From positions 18,315 to 82,314 of the forward strand of contig DATDXN010000016.1 in the NCBI GenBank assembly GCA_035289305.1: a DNA stretch of 64,000 nucleotides, read 5' to 3'. The notes below the pieces were generated by a model, which had not been told where the DNA came from, searched no databases, and saw nothing but the letters and a program-made list of their open reading frames with translations. The stretch comes from Patescibacteria group bacterium. Lineage in GTDB: Bacteria > Patescibacteriota > Microgenomatia > UBA1406 > HO2-37-13b. Of the stretch, positions 30,391 through 37,806 are shown one piece after another (the stretch's first letter is position 1; every line of letters begins with the position of its first letter). The position numbers and the translations under genes were made by a program.

Positions 30391-32082
30391 TTATACGTCA
30401 ACTCTCGTTACTCGAAGCACCTCCTCGAGCGTCGTAATACCCTTTTTCACTTTTTCAAGCCCGTCATCAAGCATTGTCGTCATTCCTTCAGTACTTGCTT
30501 CCTGCGCAATCATATCGGCATCATTTTTCTCCGTGATGAGTTTGCGTATTTTGTTGGTTATCTCAAGCACTTCAAAAACTGCTATTCGCTCCGAGTACCC
30601 TGTAAAACGGCAAATTTTGCATCCTTTTCCCTTATATAGTTGTATTTCGCTCTTGTTTCCAAATAATTTTTTCATAATTTCCAGCGGAATTTTTCCGACA
30701 AGATCATTTTGATGAACAGTCAATGAAGAATTACACATCTCGCAAATCCTGCGCAGTAACCTCTGGGCAATAATGATATTGACGGTGGAACCAACAAGAA
30801 ACGGCTCAACTTTCATATCAATAAGCCGAGGAAGAGCAGTTGCCGCATTGTTTGTATGGAGTGTTGAAAGAACCAGATGACCGGTCAAAGCAGCATTTAC
30901 CGCAATTCCCGCTGTTTCATTATCTCTAATTTCTCCAACAAATATGATGTTTGGATCTTGGCGCAGGATTGACCGAAGTCCGTTTGCAAAGGTAAGGTTG
31001 GTTTTGGGATTGGCTTGAATTTGATTTACTCCGCGGATGCGATATTCCACCGGGTCCTCTATGGTGGTAATATTTCTGTCTCTGGTGTTTAAGATTTTGA
31101 GAATTGCGTAGATGGTACTTGTTTTTCCTGATCCTGTCGGACCTGTTGCCAAAATCATACCAAAAGATTTATTCATAACACCCTCTACTTTCCGCAAATC
31201 TTTCTCCCCCATGCCTAAATCTATGAGCGTAAATCGGCGCGACTGGGAAGCAAGTAGTCGCAGCACAACCTTTTCTCCTTCGGCGATAGGAATTATGGAA
31301 ACACGAATGTCGAGATTCTCATCGGTCACATTTATGCGCATCTTTCCATCCTGCGCACTCAAATGTTCGTCTGTCCGAAGTTTCGAGAGTACTTTTATTC
31401 GCGCAATAATTTGCTCATGAATATTTTTTGGGAGTCTTACCGTATCGTGGAGTACCCCATCTATCCGAAAACGCACTAAACTGGCATCTTCTATAGCCTC
31501 AATATGTATATCTGACGCCTTATCCTGATATGCGTCATTTATGATGATATCAACAATCTGCGCAATAGGAGCTTCGTTTGTTTTGTGTAATTTTGTTCCA
31601 ATGCCTTGTGCATTAATAAGCTCATTAATTGTTTTTTGTACATCCTTTTTATATATACGAAATGCGTTGCTAATATCTCTTTCAGTGGCGAAATAAGGAA
31701 TAACTTTGGATCCTGTCTTTTTTGCAATGACTCGCTGTATTTCACCATCGGATGGATCTTGCATGGCTATTTTGACACTTTCTTTATCTCGAGCAAAAGG
31801 GATAACCTTGTATTTCCGAGCAACACTCTCGGGAATAATATGAAAGACTTCATCGGAAATGAACGTTTTGGAAAGGATTACAAACGGGAGCTTAAAAAAA
31901 TCAGCAATAAGAAGACCTAGATTTGCGTCTGATATAATATCTTGCTCCACAAGTACATTTTGAAGAGGACTCTTATTTTCGTGGGCAAGACGAACGAGCT
32001 CTTCTAGCTTCTTTGCGTCGACTAACCCCTTCTGTGTAATAAGCTGTTTGAGATTTTCATCGGTAATAACCATATATTTCAA
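30391..32082 (-). CDS. pilB: Type IV pilus assembly ATPase (GspE/PilB family)
   Basis: Walker A GPTGSGKTST, a tetracysteine motif (CEMC...CKIC) and a GspE N-terminal domain. Confidence 0.9.
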   Translation of the reverse strand: MKYMVITDENLKQLITQKGLVDAKKLEELVRLAHENKSPLQNVLVEQDIISDANLGLLIADFFKLPFVILSKTFISDEVFHIIPESVARKYKVIPFARDKESVKIAMQDPSDGEIQRVIAKKTGSKVIPYFATERDISNAFRIYKKDVQKTINELINAQGIGTKLHKTNEAPIAQIVDIIINDAYQDKASDIHIEAIEDASLVRFRIDGVLHDTVRLPKNIHEQIIARIKVLSKLRTDEHLSAQDGKMRINVTDENLDIRVSIIPIAEGEKVVLRLLASQSRRFTLIDLGMGEKDLRKVEGVMNKSFGMILATGPTGSGKTSTIYAILKILNTRDRNITTIEDPVEYRIRGVNQIQANPKTNLTFANGLRSILRQDPNIIFVGEIRDNETAGIAVNAALTGHLVLSTLHTNNAATALPRLIDMKVEPFLVGSTVNIIIAQRLLRRICEMCNSSLTVHQNDLVGKIPLEIMKKLFGNKSEIQLYKGKGCKICRFTGYSERIAVFEVLEITNKIRKLITEKNDADMIAQEASTEGMTTMLDDGLEKVKKGITTLEEVLRVTRVDV

Positions 32083-32459
32083 GAAGGTGTAGAGCGTCCT
32101 ATGATATTCATAATTTTTGCTTTAAGATTTGCGAAATCAAAAGAACTTTTATCCACATAATCCAGAGCACCTAATTGTTTTGCCTTTTTTACATCTTCTT
32201 CCTGTCCCAGCGTTGAAAAAATAATAACCGGAATTTTTTTGAGCGTGGAGTCTTGCGACATGTCTTTGAGCATTTCAAATCCATCTTTTTTCGGCATGAT
32301 GATATCGAGAATGATAAGGGACGGTATGATCTCTCGCGCTTTTTGAAGTCCTTCCTCTCCATTGGATGCGGTATAAACTTCCATCCCTTCTTCTTTCAGC
32401 TTTGAGGTGTAAAATTTTTGGAAAAAAACGTCATCCTCTACAAGGAGTATCTTAGTCAT
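32079..32459 (-). CDS. Single-domain response regulator (CheY-like receiver)
   Basis: KILLVEDD, the phosphoacceptor region ...IILDIIMPKKDGFE, and a conserved K in KIPVIIFS. Its start overlaps the pilB stop at ATGA. Confidence 0.8.
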   Translation of the reverse strand: MTKILLVEDDVFFQKFYTSKLKEEGMEVYTASNGEEGLQKAREIIPSLIILDIIMPKKDGFEMLKDMSQDSTLKKIPVIIFSTLGQEEDVKKAKQLGALDYVDKSSFDFANLKAKIMNIIGRSTPS

Positions 32460-32851
32460 ATGACACTTTGATGAAGAAATCGTTCTAATTTTTGTGTGTA
32501 TAAACTCACATCTTTCTCCTTATTACTCTCCCGTATCATAGTAAACGATTTCTCCACGGCCACAATCGCATCTTGTAGGACTACCCCAAGTGTATTCGCA
32601 AAAACGAGCTGATTGCTTTTGATTTTGTAAAAAACATGTTCAATCATTTTGCAAAGACTCCCTGTTTGAACAAAACCCATGATCATATGTTCTGAAGCAA
32701 GCGAGTGTGCTGCAAGATATATACGATCGATAATTACACTGTCCCTGTTACCTTTCATAAGGTCATCTACCCCATTTTTCATATCGCGAATATAATTCGC
32801 TGCTGTTTCTGCATATACATACTTAAATGCAAATGTGTCATTGACAGGCAT
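32456..32851 (-). CDS. Hypothetical protein, possibly an Hpt-like phosphotransfer domain
   Basis: The 131-aa helical protein has AAHSLASEH, which resembles the Hpt HxxKG region. Co-operonic with the receiver gene. Confidence 0.35.
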   Translation of the reverse strand: MPVNDTFAFKYVYAETAANYIRDMKNGVDDLMKGNRDSVIIDRIYLAAHSLASEHMIMGFVQTGSLCKMIEHVFYKIKSNQLVFANTLGVVLQDAIVAVEKSFTMIRESNKEKDVSLYTQKLERFLHQSVI

Positions 32852-32918
32852 AGTATTATTTGTAATAGTAATATATTACGAGGAAGATGTGCAAGTCCTG
32901 TTTGAGGTTAAAAAAATC

Positions 32919-34130
32919 ATGAAAGAAATACTGAAAGAAAACATAGCTCTGCGAATAGTAAGTATCGTCGTCGTGCTCGCAACCCTTATCACAGTAACCG
33001 TTCTCTACTTTAATCAAACCAATGAATATAAAAGAAACATTGTCAATCTTTCTGCAAAAGAAAGAAATGCCTCCCGAGAGCTTACCGATCTCAAAAAGAA
33101 CCTTACCCAAACATCTCAAGAATTAGACGACCTCAAAAATCAGGATCAGTATCTTATCAATCAAAAATTACAAGAAGATATTGGAAATATTGAAATCACG
33201 TACAAAACAACAGTATCAGCGTATGAAAAACTCCTGAAAGTAAGAGAAGCAACTACGGCAAAAAAAACACAAAAAATTGATGATTTTTTTTCTGATGCAT
33301 TGGTATTTCTTTCACAGCAAAATTATGTCGCAGCAAGCGCAGTGCTCAAACAATTAAGTCAGGAACTTACCAAAATTGAAGAGGAGTTGGCGCAGGCAGC
33401 AACCGCTGGACAAAACGTGGCAGTGGTCAACACTCCTCCTTCTTCCGGATACAGGAGACAAAACGTAAAGACCGATGCCGGTACTTTTCTGATAGACATC
33501 ATAGTAGCGGATCTTAACTCAACCAAAGTTATTGTCGACACCGCATCAGCAGGCGATTGTAGAAACGATTGTCCTGTTTTATCGCTGGCAGAATTTGCCC
33601 AAAGAAGTGGTGCTTTTGCCGGTATTAACGGTCCCTACTTTTGTCCCGCCTCTTACCCAAATTGTAGCGATAAGAAGAATTCTTTTGATACGCTCCTTAT
33701 GAATAAGGATAAAACATATTTCAATTCCGACAACAACGTATACAGTACAGTCCCTGCAGTGATTTTCTCGGGCAACTCCGCGCGCTTTGTCACGCAATCT
33801 CTGCAGTGGGGACGCGATATAGGAGTTGATGCGGTCATCGCAAGCCAACCGCTTTTGGTTTTAAATAATGAAATAGTATTCTTTGGCGACGGTGAGGCAA
33901 AACGAGCATCACGAGGATCGAGAAGCTTTATTGGAGCAACAAGAAACACCGTATATATTGGGGTTGTCCGCACCGCCACAGTAGCTGAAGTGGCAAAAGT
34001 CGTGAAGACTTTGGGAATTACAAATGCTTTAAATCTCGACAGCGGCGGATCAACAGCCCTCTGGAATGGTCGCTATCTTGCAGGCCCTGGACGGGCTACA
34101 CCTTTTGGGATTTTACTGACTCGAAAATAG
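32919..34130 (+). CDS. Phosphodiester glycosidase family protein (DUF2233/NAGPA-like) with N-terminal TM and coiled coil
   Basis: C-terminal NALNLDSGGSTALW motif. The start is taken at MKEILKEN; the ORF track starts at 32835. Confidence 0.65.
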   Translation: MKEILKENIALRIVSIVVVLATLITVTVLYFNQTNEYKRNIVNLSAKERNASRELTDLKKNLTQTSQELDDLKNQDQYLINQKLQEDIGNIEITYKTTVSAYEKLLKVREATTAKKTQKIDDFFSDALVFLSQQNYVAASAVLKQLSQELTKIEEELAQAATAGQNVAVVNTPPSSGYRRQNVKTDAGTFLIDIIVADLNSTKVIVDTASAGDCRNDCPVLSLAEFAQRSGAFAGINGPYFCPASYPNCSDKKNSFDTLLMNKDKTYFNSDNNVYSTVPAVIFSGNSARFVTQSLQWGRDIGVDAVIASQPLLVLNNEIVFFGDGEAKRASRGSRSFIGATRNTVYIGVVRTATVAEVAKVVKTLGITNALNLDSGGSTALWNGRYLAGPGRATPFGILLTRK

Positions 34131-34151
34131 AAACGGCGGATCAATCAACTA

Positions 34152-34454
34152 TTACTCTTTATGCGGAATAACTGATTTGATTTTTTGAAGCACTGTGTGT
34201 ATTGTATCACTCCCCCCTATTTTATTAAGAGAATGTTCTATTTTTTCTTTACCATCTGCGAATGTTTCCTCGATTTTCTCCATGAATTCCTCTTCTGAAA
34301 ACTCGAGATTTTCTGTGGCATCAAGCGCTTTTTTGAGCATTTTTCTTCCTTTTTGAGTACCAAAGAAAAATAATCCTGAAATACCAAAAACTGCTCCTAA
34401 TAGAAAATGCGGCCAAAATTCATGTTTTTTCTCTGCATAAAGATCATTTTTCAT
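34152..34454 (-). CDS. Small membrane protein (YtxH-like?)
   Basis: The 100-aa ORF has one TM helix HFLLGAVFGISGLFFFG and a charged helical tail. Confidence 0.4.
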   Translation of the reverse strand: MKNDLYAEKKHEFWPHFLLGAVFGISGLFFFGTQKGRKMLKKALDATENLEFSEEEFMEKIEETFADGKEKIEHSLNKIGGSDTIHTVLQKIKSVIPHKE

Positions 34455-34710
34455 GTTTCTTATGCTTTTTTTTCGCCAAAATATCTACGATGTGAAAAAG
34501 ACTTTTTAAACCCGAGAAAAAACCCATCACTTCAGAATATCCATGTCCTATGTTGAAACCAACTTTTTCAAATTCTTTTACGATGCGATTGATTTTGACA
34601 ACCAATGTCCGTATATCTTTTAAAACGAGTATGAGCTGTATCCCCACCACTGTTAGGATAATGGTGGTAATAGTTATTGCGGCAGAAAAAAGGATTTGTG
34701 TGATCTCCAT
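34444..34710 (-). CDS. Small membrane protein (DUF948-like?)
   Basis: The 88-aa ORF has an N-terminal TM helix and a basic C-terminus KKKHKKHEK. Confidence 0.4.
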   Translation of the reverse strand: MEITQILFSAAITITTIILTVVGIQLILVLKDIRTLVVKINRIVKEFEKVGFNIGHGYSEVMGFFSGLKSLFHIVDILAKKKHKKHEK

Positions 34711-34763
34711 ATCTTCATTTTCTCAAAAAAGAACCCCAAAAGTCAAGCACTATATAAAATAAT

Positions 34764-35462
34764 TTGATAGAATGTAAACACAATTCTATGTGTAAAATTA
34801 CTTTACTTACAATTTTAATCTCATTCTTCATTTTCACTCGTCTAGCTCCTGTTTTTGCTCAAGAAGACAATCATACTGCTCGCGAAGAAATTGAGGGAAA
34901 AGCTATCTGGGAAAGACTTCAGAATAAACAAGCCTCCTGCGATAACTTATCCGATGACGATTTTGGCGCACTAGGTGAATACTACATGGGACAAATGATG
35001 GGTACTTCCCATGAACAAATGAATCAAATGATGATCCAAATGATGGGTGAAGAAGGGGAAAAACAGATGCACATCTCTATGGGTAAACGGCTCAGTGGCT
35101 GCGATACTTCTGCACAATTTCCTCAAAACGAAATTGGTTTTATGCCGATGATGTGGATGATGGGATCCGCCTTCTCCCGATGGCCATCGGGATTTGACGA
35201 GACGAAGGGAGGTGATAATTCTATGATGGGGCAAGGATTTGGAACCATGATGAACGGTTGGGGTGGCTTTGGGATTTTCGGTTGGCTTTCAATGTTTCTA
35301 TTTTGGGCTCTTCTTATTCTGGGGGTGATTGCTCTTATCCGCTATCTTGCCAGATCGGGGCAGGAAAAAAAGGATAGAACCCCTCTTGATATTCTCAAAG
35401 AACGCTATGCTAAAGGGCAAATCGATAAAAAAGAATTTGAGGAGAAGAAAAAAGATTTATGA
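34764..35462 (+). CDS. Methionine-rich exported/membrane protein with a C-terminal SHOCT domain
   Basis: Signal-like N-terminus ...LAPVFAQ. Met-rich motifs (MMGTSHEQMNQMMIQMMGEEGEKQMHISM, MPMMWMMG, MMGQGFGTMMNGWGG), a TM helix, then PLDILKERYAKGQIDKKEFEEKK (SHOCT). Confidence 0.6.
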   Translation: MIECKHNSMCKITLLTILISFFIFTRLAPVFAQEDNHTAREEIEGKAIWERLQNKQASCDNLSDDDFGALGEYYMGQMMGTSHEQMNQMMIQMMGEEGEKQMHISMGKRLSGCDTSAQFPQNEIGFMPMMWMMGSAFSRWPSGFDETKGGDNSMMGQGFGTMMNGWGGFGIFGWLSMFLFWALLILGVIALIRYLARSGQEKKDRTPLDILKERYAKGQIDKKEFEEKKKDL

Positions 35463-35785
35463 AACTAGGCACCATTTTACAATCTAATAACCCGGAGCAT
35501 GTTTGGAATACCTTACGCTTGGGAATAACTGCTCTCTCTGCTTCTCATTCTGTGCATATTTTTCTGATGAGCGAAGGAGTGGAAATTACGAACATTCCTG
35601 ATACAAAACACTTTGATATTTCCAAAAAACTTGAGAAATTCCAAAAGTTAGGTGGGCAGCTTCTAGCCTGCGGAACATGTTTAGAAATCCGCCACACAGG
35701 TGAAAATAGAGTTTGTCCTGTGTCTACGATGAAAGATTTGGTAAAAATGATCGAGGAATCAGATAAAGTTTTAGTTTTTGGGTGA
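35459..35785 (+). CDS. DsrE/DsrF-like family protein
   Basis: The 108-aa ORF has an ACGTCL Cys motif. Its start overlaps the upstream stop at ATGA. Confidence 0.5.
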   Translation: MKLGTILQSNNPEHVWNTLRLGITALSASHSVHIFLMSEGVEITNIPDTKHFDISKKLEKFQKLGGQLLACGTCLEIRHTGENRVCPVSTMKDLVKMIEESDKVLVFG

Positions 35786-35848
35786 TTAACTAAAGGCTAA
35801 AAATTATTTCATAACAATCTTCGTAACCCCCGCGTTTGATTTTTATTT

Positions 35849-36910
35849 TTAGTCATTTAACCAGAATACAACCTGATTTTTTAATTGGAGAGAAAGCCTA
35901 TAAGCATTTGCGTGACCAAGATACCCAAGGTAAGATTGAACCGATTGATTCAATAACCCAGAAGATATTTTATTCATCTTGTAAAGTTGAACTTTTTGGT
36001 AAATCTTTTTAAATATTCTTCTTTTTGTCTTTGTTCTGGGTAAAACGAAGTGAGGAAAGATTACATATCCCAAAAAGTCTACGCCCAGATAATAGTTCTT
36101 TATTTCGATTTTTTGTGGATGTAATGATAACGTCAATTTAGAATTGAGAAATTCCTTTATACTTGTTATTAACCCTTCGAGGTATTCCCTACTCTCTGAC
36201 AAAATTATAAAATCATCCGCATAACGAATGTAATATTCTACTTTAAGTTCATGTTTTATATAGCGATCTAAAGGATCGAGGTAAATGTTAGCAAATAATT
36301 GTGAAGTGAGATTACCAATTGGCATACCCTTGGGAAATTTCAGATCTGTTGTAAATTCTGAACTAAAACTACTGACAATTTCTTTTAATAACCACAAAAA
36401 GTCTTCGTCCTGAATTCTTTTGTTCAGTAATTTTATAAGTATCTCGTGATCAACATTGGCAAAAAACTTTTTAATGTCGCATTTTAAAGCAAACAATGGA
36501 AAAGTATTATTTTTACTTGCCTTCCTTGAAAATCTGATAAATGCCTCAATGGCTTTAAGAGTTCCTTTTTCTCTGCGGCAGGAATACGAATGAGTATAAA
36601 ATGTTGAATCAAATATTTTTTCTAATAATCTGCTTGCGAGATGGTGAACAACCCTATCTTTCACACAAGCTTTTGATATGTGGCGGACTTTCGGATCCCT
36701 AATATAAAATGATTTATATCCACCATGCTCGTATGTTTTATTTTGCAAGTTTTGATGCAACTCGAATAGGTTATCTTCTAAAAATCTTGCAAAAGCTACA
36801 ACATCGGTTTTTTTCTTTTTGCCGATTATAAACTCGTCCCACGCTTGGAAAACAGCTTCAATCGTGCTACTATGAGAGTAGATGGTATGCCAAATTCTCA
36901 TGGTTTTCAA
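35849..36910 (-). CDS. Diversity-generating retroelement (DGR) reverse transcriptase
   Basis: YADD box (YIRYADDFIIL) and the DGR-specific motif-4 PIGNLTSQLFANIYL (I/LGxxxSQ). The N-terminus KKKKTDVVAFARFLEDNLFELHQNLQNKTYEHGGYKSFYIRDPKVRHIS is typical of DGR RTs. Length is about 350 aa. Confidence 0.85.
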   Translation of the reverse strand: MKTMRIWHTIYSHSSTIEAVFQAWDEFIIGKKKKTDVVAFARFLEDNLFELHQNLQNKTYEHGGYKSFYIRDPKVRHISKACVKDRVVHHLASRLLEKIFDSTFYTHSYSCRREKGTLKAIEAFIRFSRKASKNNTFPLFALKCDIKKFFANVDHEILIKLLNKRIQDEDFLWLLKEIVSSFSSEFTTDLKFPKGMPIGNLTSQLFANIYLDPLDRYIKHELKVEYYIRYADDFIILSESREYLEGLITSIKEFLNSKLTLSLHPQKIEIKNYYLGVDFLGYVIFPHFVLPRTKTKRRIFKKIYQKVQLYKMNKISSGLLNQSVQSYLGYLGHANAYRLSLQLKNQVVFWLND

Positions 36911-37264
36911 TCAAATAACCGAACTTTTGATTTTCCTATTTTTCAAAAAATATACGAAACATATAAACGTTTCTATTGTTATCTCGTCAATTTTCCCAAA
37001 AAAGATAAATATACCCTTGGTCAACGTTGCGAGAATGCGCTTTTGGATTTTTTAGAAACTATCGTAATAGCAGGAGGATTATCTAAAACTGAAAAATTTC
37101 CTGTATTGCAAAAGGCAAGTACAAAGCTTGATTTAGCAAAAATATTCATAAGATTGTGTAAAGATTTAAAAATTCTTGATAATAAAAAATACCTTGAACT
37201 GGAATCTTCTCTCCAAGAAATAGGCAGGATGCTTGGTGGTTGGATTAAATCCTCCTCCACTTAA
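36887..37264 (+). CDS. avd: Accessory variability determinant (Avd), a four-helix-bundle protein
   Basis: FPKKDKYTLGQRCENALLDF...LDLAKIFIRL...LQEIGRMLGGWIKSS matches the four-helix-bundle/Avd family. It is encoded antisense to the RT, TR and target. Confidence 0.7.
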   Translation: MPNSHGFQSNNRTFDFPIFQKIYETYKRFYCYLVNFPKKDKYTLGQRCENALLDFLETIVIAGGLSKTEKFPVLQKASTKLDLAKIFIRLCKDLKILDNKKYLELESSLQEIGRMLGGWIKSSST

Positions 37265-37274
37265 AGAAAATAAT

Positions 37275-37395
37275 ACTACCGCAACACGGAAACCGATGTT
37301 ATCGTTCGAGTTATCAGGTTGATTCCAATTGGCGTTCCCAGCACCACCGAGGTCAGAGTTACCAACCATGAGACGGTTCGAACCACCGGACTCAC
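37275..37395 (-). repeat. DGR template repeat (TR), 121-bp core
   Basis: It aligns base-for-base with 37821-37941. The minus-sense TR has A wherever the variable repeat differs, and is Asn-codon rich (VGNSDLGGAGNANWNQPDNSNDNIGF). Confidence 0.8.
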
Positions 37396-37760
37396 GCGTG
37401 TATTGCCCCTTTTCTTTCCTGAAGTAAGTATGACCTACTTCATTGTTACCACTGAATGTTAATCCAAAACACCTTATCTTTATATTCGAACCGAGATGGT
37501 CTTTAGACATTAAAGACTATCTCCTGTATTTAACATGGCTCAATCATTTCTTATTGATGCCTTCAAAAAGGGACAAGTAGTTTCATCTTCCTATTTGCTC
37601 TCTTTTGACAGGCGTACCCATCAAAACTCGGGCTTTAAATAAAAAGTGAGATTTCGTGAGATGTAGGCGTACCCACATCTGCATTAACAAAATCTATTGT
37701 GAAGCATAAAGAAGAATAAGGAAAAAATCAAGTGTAAATGCTATTTCTATTTATAGTCAT

Positions 37761-37778
37761 CTTTTAAAATTTTAAAAG
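37761..37778. other. Perfect 18-nt AT palindrome about 29 nt downstream of the target stop codon; a possible DGR hairpin or terminator
   Basis: CTTTTAAAATTTTAAAAG read directly from the sequence. Confidence 0.4.
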
Positions 37779-37806
37779 AGACCAAAAGAACCAAAGATTC
37801 AAAGTA

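Noticed and set aside
37021-37260. 79-aa minus-strand ORF
   Set aside because: It is antisense to the Avd-like gene, whose plus-strand translation has clear four-helix-bundle family features.
37166-37510. 114-aa minus-strand ORF
   Set aside because: It is the frame that reads through the DGR template repeat, a degenerate copy of the target C-terminus. It is treated as TR-containing non-coding RNA and not as a gene.
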